DNA of 64,000 nt from Lama guanicoe. Lineage: Eukaryota. The notes beneath the pieces were generated by a model. That model made no database searches, was not told the DNA's origin, and worked only from the letters and a program-made list of their open reading frames with translations. A program made the position numbers and the translations under genes. The stretch lies in contig MU056000.1 in assembly GCA_013239625.1 (NCBI GenBank), forward strand, positions 186,001 to 250,000, in the 5' to 3' direction. Shown here one piece after another: positions 13,261 to 24,230 of this stretch (positions are counted from its first letter, which is position 1; every line of letters starts with the position of its first letter).

Positions 13261-15318
13261 GCTGGGGGCTGGCTCCCCAGTGCAGAGAGCCATGCAGGGG
13301 GAGGGGGAGGGAGGTTAGAAGGGGACCCCGGTTCCTGCCTCCAGGGAGTGCTCCCCACCCCCCACCCAGGCTGCCCCATGTCCTGTGTGGGCATTGGCCC
13401 CTGTGAGTCTGGGAGCACTGTGGCTCTGTGCCTCTCCAAGTGGGGGGCAGGGTCCCAGCAGGGGTCAGTAAACCACATCTGGGGATCCCCCCAGCTTTCC
13501 ATCTGTGGGTGGCAGCATCCCCCAGGCAGGTCTGCAGGGGTGAGAGAGAGGAGGGCAGGGACAGCCCAACCCCAAACTCCCCTTCCCCTCAATTCAGCCT
13601 GCAAGTTGGGGTAGGGGGCTGGCCTGAGCTGGGTCGGTGTGGAGGGGTGGTCCCTGCAGTGAATTTGCTATGAGGGAGGCCTTGGTGGTCTGGGCTGTAG
13701 GGGGCGACTGGGTGCACTGAGATGGGGGTCCGGGCCCCAGCTCCTCTCCTGGCTCCAGACTCTTCCAGACCTGCTCCAGGCTCTGCCCCACCCACCTGGA
13801 AGACGTGGCCTCTGGGTGGTCAGCAGGGCTGGATCCTCTGGGGAGCTAGGAGGCTGGCCCTGGCCTTGTGACGTCACGGGGGGGGCGGCAGTCAGGGGGA
13901 CCCCGGCCTGCGCTAGTCCGAGTTTTCCCTCCTTTATCTTTCTCGGCCTCTGAGAGCGTGGGGTCTGCGTGAGCCTCTGGACCAGAAGGTTCCCTCGGGG
14001 ACGTGGCACCGCTCAGCGCCAGCTCCTCTTGGGTCTGCGTGAGGCCTCTGTGCTCCAGGAAGCAGGGCTGCGTGCGTTCGGCGTCTCAAGCCTTTCTGAG
14101 TGGAGTGGAGCACAAAACGGATTAAACGTTAAGGCCTCTGGCTTCTCGCTCAGAGCTGTTTCACTGCCTTGAAAACCAGTGCCCTCTCGGGGGACCTGGT
14201 GGCTGACGAGTCTCAGTTTGGAAGGGAGTCCTGGGCGTCTGCATCTCTGCCTGGTGACCCAGGCATGACGGGACTGTTTCCCGGGATACACCTGCTTTCT
14301 GGCGAGGAAATGCGTTCTTTTCTTGCCGCCTTTCATGCAGTGAACAGAAGTCCTGCGGGAGAGGAGGGGATGGGGTAAGCTTCTGAGAGAGGGGAGGATG
14401 GAGAGGCCGGGGGAGACCAAAGGCCACAGCAGGGCCCCGAGGGCCACCGTCCCGGAGGCTCTGCATGGAGGCCGTTGTCCCTGTGGACACCCTGCGCCTG
14501 GCAGCAGGGGCGTATACGAAGGGCCGGCTTGGCCTCTGCTGGGGTGTGTGTACACGTACATGTGTGTGCTCGCGCGCGTGCGTGTGCATCGGGGGCTCCA
14601 TCTGCCGTGGTCCGGCCCACTTGAGGGTTGAGGAGGGTTAGACCAAGCATCTCAACCCAGAGAGCTCATCGGGGGCCTGCTGGCCTGGGGCTTGGGGCCC
14701 TGCGCCTCTGACCGGCTCTTGGGGGAGCTGGTGCTGCCCATCAGCCAAGGGCGCAGCCGTGGGGAGCTGGCCGGGGCAGCGGAGCCCCGAGGCCTCCCCG
14801 ACAGTCGATGATGTGTGGGAGCCGGAACGGCCCAGCACGCCCCCGAGGAAGAGCCCAGCACAACTTGGTGGTCTCGAAGGAGAAACACTGCGGAGCTTCA
14901 CGCTTCTTTATGTTTTATCCCAAGACCAGAAGGAGGCGAGTGACGGTCTGCAGGGCCCTTGGTGGCACTGATGCCCTCGGAGCTTCCATCTACAAGCCCC
15001 CAAAATGAGGGGAGACAGAGGCACGTCCCACCCAGCCTCCATGGAGCCACCAGCACCAGGCCCGCTGCTGGCTGGGACCCCCTTTACCTGCCTGTCCCCT
15101 CAGCAGCCTGGGGGACCCTGTAATTCCAGTGTCCAGGAGGATGCTGAGCGTGGACTTGGGGGCCCCCTGCCAGGTGCCAGGGGCTGGGATGAGGACGATG
15201 TCCGCCTGTCTGACCTGCAGAGGGTGGCAGCAGAGAGCTGTGGAGTGGAAGTTGGGGAAACAGAGGAAATGTGGCCAGGCCCGGGAAGGCTGTAAGTAAC
15301 TGCTCTCTCCTCCCACAG

Positions 15319-15425
15319 CCCTGCAGGAGCGGCGCCCACAGCAGCCGGCTGCCAGTGCCCCCCCACCAGGAGACAGAGGTCTGTGTGGAGGGTCCGCCGT
15401 GCCGGAGGGAAGGCTGCTGCTGGAG
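15319..15425 (+). CDS. AHRR: AHRR coding exon (approx. human exon 4; linker between bHLH and PAS): (A)LQERRPQQPAASAPPPGDRGLCGGSAVPEGRLLLE
   Basis: ctcctcccacAG acceptor and GAG|gtgagc donor; 107 nt, enters in phase 1 and ends in phase 0. Translation matches recalled AHRR QE..RQPAAGAP.PGD...GSAVLEGRLLLE. Not present in the ORF track. Confidence 0.92.
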
Positions 15426-15683
15426 GTGAGCCCCTTCCCCCTCAGATCACACCAGCGCCCGGTGTGCAGGCGTCTGCCCTGGGTCCCCAGATGTGACCTT
15501 TTACAACCACGTGGAAGTTAAGGCTCTGGGAAGGGTGGGATGGTGGCGCTCTGGGGGCAGTGCAAGCCGGTGAGCTGGCGGCCTAGGTCTTCAGATCTGA
15601 AAATCGTTTTCCAGCCTGCATTTTCTGGTTCTCCCACCTGCAGCGGGGAAGGGCAGGGGCAGGGAGCCAGCAAGACACCTTTT

Positions 15684-15789
15684 CTTTTTTAATTTTGTGG
15701 GGGCAGTAATTAGGTTTATTTATTTATTTAACGAGGTACTGAGGATTGAACCCAGGACCGTGTGCATGCTAAGCAGGCACCCTCCCTGT
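15684..15789 (-). mobile_element. tRNA-derived SINE of camelid type (Vic-1/CHR-related) with target-site duplication
   Basis: Minus-strand B box GGTTCAATCC (15743-15752), tail taaataaataaacctaattactgccccc...A-rich, flanked by aagacac(c)ttttc at ~15672 and ~15790. Confidence 0.8.
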
Positions 15790-17789
15790 AAGACACTTTT
15801 CCTGTCCCATCTCAGCCAAGCCTTGAGGTTGGCACCCTCTCCCCACGGCACTTCAACTTGTTAGAAGTTTCAGCTGTTTACAAGGAGGCGAGGGTGGAGT
15901 AACCCTAAAAACCTGATGAGCTTTTAGGATGGCCGGGACCAGTGGCCAGGCTTTGGCCGACTGGTCCTCCTGGTCCCCGTCCCTAGGTCTTTGTTCTGTC
16001 CATATCTTCTCAGATCCCGTCGCCCAGGATCAGGGCCCTGGTGTCCCCCTCACGCTGCCCCTGCTCATCGTGTGGGCACTGCCCTCTGCTCTCGCACGTG
16101 TCCAGCCCTGTCACCCACCGGCCCCGCGGCCCCCCAACTCGCAGCCCCAGCTGGGGGGTCTGGATGTGCTCTGAGGGTCAGTGAGCTTGAGGCCACTTCC
16201 TTTCTGTGAGGAGGGCGTTCTCGCAGGTGGCTGGTTGGTGCTGAGCGCGAGCCCCCAGGGTAGTAGCTGCCTCGGAGCCGGTCTGCGCAGAGCTGGGTCT
16301 GAGCGAAGTGAGCATGGGGATGTTCTGCTTTCAGTGGAGGAAACGTCTGACACCCATTACTCGTCGGGTTTTAGGAATCCAATCTTAAATACTGTAAAGT
16401 TTCCTCTGAAACTGCTCTTTTCTGTCAGTGCTGGTAAACCTGGAGCTGAAACACGTCGTGCCAGTTTGAATTGTGTTCTTGGCAAAAGATAAAGATAACT
16501 GGCGTTGTTTGCTCTTTTTTATTCATGTTCAAAATTAAAATAACATCTAACCCATAAAATCTTTTTAAAACTTTTGTTCTGAGCTATAAATACAGAAGCG
16601 TGTGCACGTAGCTGAGCTCGGGGTGCCGTGCTCACCTCTGCACCGGGGCCACCGCCCAGGCCACCTCTTCCGGCCCCTCCAGTGGGCGCAGAACGTGGTG
16701 GTCCTGCCTCCATGGAGAAGCCTTCAGGTGTTTCTGCTCTCAACCAAGCCTTAAAGCCTGGATGATCAAGTTTTCCCTGGGGCCTCTGGACGCAGACGGC
16801 CCTGCGGTCCGGCTGAGGCTGAAGCCAGGCCTGACTCTCTTGTCCCTGCCAGCTCCCTCAGGGCCCAGAAGGGAGGGGAACCGGTGCGTCCATCCTGGCA
16901 TGCAGAGGTTCTGGGAGCTGCCCTCCGGGTGGACTTTCTGAGAACGAGGTCCCGAGGCTGAGGGGTCAGGGGCCACTGCCCCTCTGCTCTGGGCACTGTG
17001 GCTGCCCTGGTGCCCGGCTCCCCGGCCAGGCCAGAGTGGTGCACCCCCAGCTCCATTTTGGAGAATGAGGTCCAGCAGTTTCCGTCGTGGTTGCCTCTGT
17101 GCCCAACAGGAAATTTCTGAAGATTCCCGTTGATTGGAATCGGGGCAGGTTACTTGACGAGCGCTTTCCAGAGCATCGCCGGAGCGGAGATTCTCACATT
17201 TTGGGATTAGAGTCTATTTTTGAAGTTTAAAAATATTCCCAAACAAAGCAAAATAAGCAAATCCGGCAACAATAAGAAGAAACTCTCAGCTCTTGTCTCC
17301 AAGCTTCAATCTCTTGAAGACAAACTGTCATCGATTCACAGGAGACTCAGGGCTGGTGCAGACTCTTAAAATCACCTGTGATTTTAAGGTGGAGAGGCCT
17401 AGGTTTGGGGCCATTGGGGGCTTGTCGAGGGTCCCCGTTAGGGCTTGGGCTGGACCCCACGTTTCTGGGTCCATGTTAGAAGCTGCGGGCCTCAGGGAAG
17501 CCAGGACGCCCACAGAGCTGCCAGCCAGGGAGCATCTTGGTGCGGCACTGGGTACAGGACGGAGGAGGCGGGGAGGTGGGGGGAGGGGGAAGGGAGGCGT
17601 GGTCCTGGGCGCACTGACCTTGGCTGTGCAATCAGAGCAGGCCCTGGGCTTCAAACCCCGTCCAAGCTGGGCTGCAAGGCCGTCACGTTTACGCAGGTGC
17701 AGCGAGGTGCCTGCAGGAGCGCTGAGCTCGGACCTGTCCAGCCAGAAGACGCTCTGACCACGTGACCCTCGCTAGAGTTCAGGTGTCCC

Positions 17790-20700
17790 ATGCTGCTCCG
17801 GACATTTTCTAACTTGTATTTTCAAATTTATGCACACTAAAACGCGTTCTTCTTGGCAGTGTGGTGGCCACCCCTGAGCAATCCCTCCAGCCCCACATCT
17901 CCACCCTGCTGTCCGTTTGCTGACAGACGCCTGCCCACCCTGGCTCCGAGCTCCATCTTCCTCTCCTGAGGGTCTGGCGCCTGCCCACACAGCCGCTGGG
18001 GATGTGGGGGTTGTTTCCAGGATGCACTGTTTGTGAATCAAGCTGTGCTGAACACTCACACACAGGTTTTCTCTGAGCATAAGTTTTCCTTTTGTGTGGA
18101 TAATACCTGTGTGTGTCTGACTTCGTAAGAAATCTGCCTTCCAAAGTGGCCGTGTGCTTGCGGCCCCGCCAGTGTTACGAAGCCTTTTCCATAGGGGCAG
18201 ACAGGACCCTCACTACAGTTTCACCTGCGTTTGCCTCCTCACTAGTGACGCAGGGTGTCGGTGTGTGTTCACTTGCTGCGACGGACCCTCCTTGTGAGCT
18301 GTCTGCCCTCTTGCTGTTGTGCTCAGAGGCCCTGTGAGCGTCCTAGGAGCGCGTCCCTGTGCGCAGGGTCGGTGAGTCTGTGTCCCCAGCCTGGCCAGCC
18401 TCCTCACTGCCTTGACGGGGCCTTGCGGAGAGTGAAGGAATCTAACTTTGACGGAGTCCAGTCTATCGGTGTTTTTCATAGATCATGATTTTGGTGTCAT
18501 ATCTAAGAACTCTTTATCTGACCTGAGGTGACAGAGGTTATTCTTTGATGCTTGTGCCCAACACTTCATACCTTTACAGTGAGTTTCACATTCAGGCCTG
18601 TAATCCTGGTTGGTTAACTGTGGTACGAGGTGGGGCGCAGGTCAAGACTGACTGTATCTGCACGTGAGTGTCCGGTTGTTTCAGAGCCGTTTATTCAAAA
18701 GGTGGTCCTTTCTCCATTGAACTGCCTTCACACCTTTGTGAAAAGTCAGTTGGCCATCTTGCTGTGTCTGTCTCTGGACTCTGTCCTGTCCTGTTGGCTG
18801 TGTGTCTGGCCTCTGGCAAGTAAGCGCTGTGCTTGCCCGGTTACTACAGCTCCGTCGTAAGTCCGGAAGTCAGGCGCTGCGGCTCTTCACTTCTTTGTGA
18901 CTGTCGTTCTTTTTCAGAATTGTTTTGGCTATTCTAGTTTCTCTGTCTTTCCATATACATTGTAGAGTTAATTTGTTGATATCTGCAGAAATTTCACTGG
19001 GACTTGACTGGGGAGAATTGACAGCCTGACACCACCACCCCCCCAATTTATGAACGCAGTACCTCCCCATTAATTTAGGTCTGTTATGACTACTGTCTTC
19101 AGCGTTTTGTGTTTTCAGCGTATTTGCTAGATTTACATGTGAGCATTTTACATGTGTGTTGCTATTATAAATGAGCTGTTGTTTAACCTCAGTTTTCCTC
19201 AGCAGTGTATAGAAACACACTTTATTTTTCTAGGTTGACTTTGTGTCTGCGACCCTGTTGAATTCATTAGCAGCTCTTTGTTGTTGTGGACTCTGGGAAT
19301 TTTTACATCATCATGTTTTCTGAGAAGAGAGACCGTTGTTCTCTTCTTTCTCAAACTACACGCTTTGTTTTTCCTGCCTTACTGCACTTCCAGGACTTCT
19401 GGGACCAGGTAGGGCAGAAGAGGTGAGGGGACAAGCCTGCCTTTTCCTCAGCGTGGGGAGAAACCTTTGATCTTTGCTTTGCTTTGCTTTTTATAGATGC
19501 CTTACATCAGATTAAGAAATTTCCCTCTATTCCTTGTTTTCCGAGAGTTCTTACTATGAGTGGACCCCTGCCCCCCCCATTTTATCTGTTTCATCAGTTT
19601 CATCAGATGCTTTTTCTTCTTCTGTTGAGATGTGATTTCTCTTCCTGAGTCTGTTAATATTGTGAACTGCATTGATTGACATGCTCAGGACAGATCGATC
19701 GTCTTCATATACTGCTGGACTCAATTTGGTAATACTGTGTGGGGGCTTGTGTTTTTGTTGATGAGAAATATTTCTGTAGTTTTCTTGCAACGTCTCTGTT
19801 AGGTTGTGGTATCTCGCTGATGGAGGCTTCGTGGAATCGGTTGAGAGTGTTCCCATCTCTCGCGTTTTCTGAAGCAGATTGTGTCGAATTGCTGTTACCG
19901 CCTCCTGAAACGCTTGCTACAATTCCCAGGCAGAAACAGCTGGTCTGAGAGTCTTCTTTGTTAGAAGGTTAAAGTATGAATCTAGTTTCTTTGATTGATA
20001 AAGGACTATTCAGGTTACCTATTCTAGTGTGAATTTTAGTAGTCTGTGTCTTTCAAGCAGTTGGTCCGTTTTATCTACGTCATTGCTTTTATGGGTACAG
20101 TTCAGGTTTTTCCCATGTTGCCCTTTTAATGACTGTGGGTTCTGTAGTCACGTCTCCTTTTTCATTTCATTGGTGATCTGCGTTGTCTCTTATTTTTTCT
20201 TAGTCCATTGGGCCAGAGTTTTACTCGTTTTATTGATTTTTCTCAGACACAGCTGCTGGTTTCATTGATTGTTACTATGGACTGAATGCTTGTATTCGAG
20301 CCCCCCAGCTAATACAATACAGTCAACTTCATGCTAGACTGGGGACCCAACCCCCTCTGGGATGGCGTCTGGTGGTGGGTCCATGGGAGGTGGTGATGTC
20401 ATGAGCCCCTCTGAGTGGGCCCAGTGCTGTCGTGAAGGAGGCCCCTGAGAGCCCCCAGCCCCTTCTGCCGGTGGGTGTGGCGGGCACGGTGGGCGCGGCC
20501 GGGAGGCGGCCCTGCCCGCAGTGCTGTCTGTGGGGGAGGTGTTCTTCCAAACGTCAGTTCTGTCAAGCTGGTTGATGATGGTGGCTTTTTTGTATCCTTG
20601 TTGCTTTTCTGTCTGGTCTCAACTTGAAACACAAGTGTTGATGTCGCCTAGTAAAATCGTGGATCTGGGATTTCTCCTTTCAGCTCTGTCAGTCTTCGCT

Positions 20701-21720
20701 CTGTGTACTTCGGGTTCTGCTGTAGGGGGCAGACGTACCTGGAGTTAACTGCGTTCTCCTTGGGAACTGACCCTTCTGTCCCGTCCGAGTGCAAGACGCC
20801 TCTTCATCCCCGGTTACTTTCCTTGCCTTGAAGTTTACTTTGTTTGACACTAACACGGTCACCCCAGCTCTTTTCAGTGAATGTTTGTTTGGCGTATCCT
20901 GCTTCATCTCATTGTTTTAATCCATTTGTATAGTTAGGTTTAAACTGTGTCTTCTGTTGGCAGTATGTCTTTGGACCTTTTCTTTGTTGTTCACTTTTTA
21001 AGTCCAGTCTGACAGTGCCCCTTCTAGAGGCCGTTTACATTAGGGAGGTCATTGATATTGCTGGATTTAAGCCCACCATTGTATAATTTTCCTGCTTCTT
21101 GTTTCCCTTTCTCGTGTTTTCTGCCCCTTCTGGCGTTGGCAATATCCATCACTGCTCCAGCTCGGTGCACCCACGGCTTTCAATGCTCGAGTCCGACGCG
21201 ACTGTGTTTGTGTTTATTAGATCGTCCTGTTTAGGGCTCACGGGCTTTTTGAATCTATGTGTTTGTGTCTTTCATCAAACTCAGAAGGTTTTTGGCCATA
21301 TTCTTCACACATTTTTTACCGCCCCGTGTCTTTCTCTTCCATTTCAGAAACTGCGCTGGCACAGGTGTGAGACCTTGAGGCTGTGTTCACCTTCCCAGTG
21401 TTTTCTCTCTCAGGTTGGACGCCTTCCATTGCTCTGTCCTTACTGACCCTTTTCTCTGTCAGCGCCATTCTGCTCTTAAGCCCACCCAGTGGAGTTTCCA
21501 CGTCACGTATTTGATTTCTCAGTTCTAAAATTCTCATGTGGTTCTTTTCTAATAGTATCTGCTTCTCTTCTGAGACCCGTGGCCTGCGTTGCTCTTCCTC
21601 GGGGAGGAAAGTCATGGCAGCTGTGTTAAATCCCTGACGTGGTCATTCCACCATTTTCAGTTCAGAAGTGGCATCTGTCTCACGTCTTCTCCCTTGAGTG
21701 GTACTCTCTCATTCTGGTTC
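17790..21720 (-). mobile_element. Degraded antisense LINE-1 with collinear ORF1, EN, RT and C-terminal remnants
   Basis: Minus-strand peptides, right to left: LLEKNHMRILELRNQI (ORF1 coiled coil, ~21.5 kb), KRAGVTVLVSNKVNFK (EN, ~20.85 kb), SINAVHNINRLRKRNH (RT, ~19.65 kb), INKLTLQCIWKDRETRIAKTILKK (~18.95 kb). Confidence 0.85.
20270..20520 (+). mobile_element. MLT1A-like LTR inserted in the L1
   Basis: tactatggactgaatgcttgtatt...cccaaccccctctgggatggcgtctggtggtggg...gaaggaggcccctgagagcccccagccccttctgcc; L1 sequence resumes on both sides. Confidence 0.7.
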
Positions 21721-21746
21721 TTAGTATATGTGATGATTTGGGGTGA

Positions 21747-21860
21747 TGTGGTAGGCAGAACACTGGTTCCCCAAAGTGTTCCTGCCCGAATTCCTGGAGC
21801 CTGTGAGTATGTTACTTTACTTGGAAAAAGGGCTTTGCAAGTGGGCCTGAAGGCTCTGAC
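21747..21860 (+). mobile_element. MLT1D-like LTR 5' part
   Basis: tgtggtaggcagaacactggttccccaaag...gcctgtgagtatgttactttacttggaaaaagggctttgca closely follows the recalled MLT1D start. Confidence 0.75.
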
Positions 21861-22049
21861 GTCAGGCTTCCCTGCAGAACTCACAGCACCCAGGCCGGTG
21901 GTGACGGGGCCTCCTGCCAGCCGTCCTGCACCTGCTCCTCAAACCTCATGCACACGGGCACCGTGGACCCTCCAGGAAAGAGGCTGCTGAGCAAAACACA
22001 CGGTCCAGGAGGAACATCAACCTGGAGGGACAGACGTGCGGAGGGGAGA

Positions 22050-22520
22050 CAGCCAGACGGACAGGCTCCTTGGGACGGGGCGAGGGGACACTGGGGAAAT
22101 GGGCTGCTATGAAAGGGACAACTCAGAGGTTGAAAAGAGCTCACAGAAGCATGAAAGCAAAGCTTGGAAATCCAAGAGTGGTCCAGAGTTAAAGTATCAC
22201 CACGAGTAAGTGACAAACAGGCGGCAAATAACAGAGGAAAGTCAGGAAGGCTGCCAGACCCCAGAGGGCCTGCGTGATCAGAGCTCCAGGGAGGTCAGAG
22301 GGGAGGAAATCATTCAGGAAGCAGCCCGGAAGGTTTCCCAGAACCCAGGACTGAGTTTCCGGCCCAAGAGCCCCATCAGGTGACCAGCACAAAGGATGAG
22401 AAGGACAAGGACCAGGTGTTTGCTTCTGAAATTCTACACCCTAAGGGCAGGCGAGACCACGGAGCCTGGACGGCCACCAGGAGGTGCCTGCACAACATTG
22501 AGGGAGCACCTCCATCCTGG
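22050..22520 (+). mobile_element. HAL1 / old L1 ORF1-like remnant
   Basis: gaggaaatcattcaggaag...tttcccagaacccaggactgagtttccggcccaagagccccatcaggtgaccagcacaaaggatgag...tgaaattctacacc resembles L1ME/HAL1 ORF1. Confidence 0.55.
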
Positions 22521-23559
22521 GTCCACATGCGCCCCAGACCCCTCGGCATGACCAGGTCCACTTCCCCACGTGGATTCAGGAGGGTCCTCTCCCCACCCAG
22601 AACCAGGGCCCTGACTGAGTGGCAGGCGGGGCTTGAGGCCCAAGGCCCTACTGGGAGCAAGTGGAAGAAGAAGTGGGTGGATGAGACGCTGCTGGACAAG
22701 GCGCGTTCCCCAGGGACACTGGGGTCGGTCAGTGACTGTGTGGCTGAGTCCTGGGCCCACGGTCGCTGAGGGCAGCGAGGTGTTCGAAACACATGCATGC
22801 CCAGCTGAGAAGGGTCAGCGAGTCCACAGGCGTGCGCGGAGCAGCAGGACCGCGCAGCTGGTGTGCAGGCAGAGCGGCGCCCTGGCCGAGGTCGAGATCA
22901 GAGCAGCTCCCAGTGCCGGGCTCCAGGCAGCGCACACAGGGCTGGAAGCCACCGGGGACTCGAGGTCCGTGCGGCTCTCACATCCTGTGCACGGCTCTAA
23001 CCCTGTCCGCTAAAGGCCATCTTACCAGACGCGAAGCCCTGCACTTTGGCGCTCCTCACACTGGTGGACTCTCCACCCCCTCGGGTACAGGCCCCTTTCT
23101 CGCTCCGTGTCCCTCTTGCAGACGTGCAAGTTTAGCCTGTTCACGTTTCCTGTGATCACGCTTACGGAGGCTATTTCTGCTCTCATGTTTTGTGTTTTCT
23201 ATTCCTCCACTTTCCTTGGTTTCTTTCTCTTCTGTCTAGCTCCCCATTCGGCAGACCGAGCTTTCTCCTGCGGGTTTAAAAGCCCCACATTCTGATTTTG
23301 TTCTCACGGGGAAGCCTTCAGAAAGGCCTTTCCAGGCGGGTTTCCCTTCCACCTCCTGGTCTAGCTGGGCTGGCGTCTCTCCGGCAGGGCTGTCATCGGC
23401 TCAGCCCTCTGGTTCCCCTGCACAGATGCAGCGGCTTTGTCCAGAAGTTGAATCCTGGACGATGCAGATCTTGCCTGTGTTCCTAACTTTTGGGGACCCT
23501 CCGGGAGCTGACCAGGCTGTGGGGCCCCTCCTAGCAGGCCCTAGGTGTGTTTCTCATTT

Positions 23560-24230
23560 TGAGGCCTCCCCGGGGCGTTTTCATTGTGAGTCTCAGTGTG
23601 AAATCTTCCTGGGTCTCCCCACGTGCTTGAGAACGTTATGCCCTCACAGCTGGATGACAGTTTGGCTGAATATGGAATTGTAAGTTCAAAGGTTTTTCTT
23701 CGGCCTTCAAAAGTGCTTCTCCATCGTCTGCAGTGCCTGTGCTGCTGGTGGGGCCCGACGCCCACTGCAGCGGCTGCGCTGACCCCCTCTCTGAGCTGTG
23801 TGAGTCCGCCTTTGGCCTTGGTGTTCTTGAATTTCACCACAATGTGTCTCCCGTCTTGTTTTGCCTGCTTGGTGCTCCCGAGTCCTTTCCATCTGAAGTG
23901 TTTCTTCTTTAATCTGGACACTTCTTTCCATTGTTGCATCAAACCCTGTCCCTCTCCGTTAGCGGTGCTCCCTCTGGAGCTGCTGTTGCCCAGCACTGCT
24001 GAGTGACCGCTCCCATCCACAGGCCTCCCTTCCCTGCTGCCCTCAGGACTGACCCTCCAGCTCTGCAGCCGCTACACCCTTCTTCCCTCCTTACTTACTA
24101 GGCTCGCACCTCAAACAGTTCCCCTTAATTGGTTTCTAGTATTTCTTGTTTCTGTTTCTTTTTGCTGATATATTTCTTATCTCCTTAAATCTATTTAGAT
24201 TCATGCTTATCTCATGTTTGGTCTCTGTTC
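23560..24230 (-). mobile_element. HAL1 / old L1 ORF1-like remnant, antisense
   Basis: Minus-strand peptide RHIVVKFKNTKAK matches the L1 ORF1 PRHIIVKF motif. Confidence 0.6.

Noticed and set aside
1-15318. AHRR bHLH exons or a separate nested gene
   Set aside because: I found no SNPSKRHR...KLDKLSVLRLSVSYL-like sequence and no other coherent exon chain; the region is read as intron, with the 5' exons upstream of the window.
15684-15789. tRNA gene
   Set aside because: Only a B box is present, with an A-rich tail and TSD; this is a SINE and cannot form a cloverleaf.
22380-23013. Coding-looking stretch (KWKKKWVDETLLDK...) as a possible processed pseudogene
   Set aside because: No protein I recognise, no poly(A) tail or TSD, and it adjoins a HAL1/L1 ORF1-like remnant; a tblastx search would settle it.
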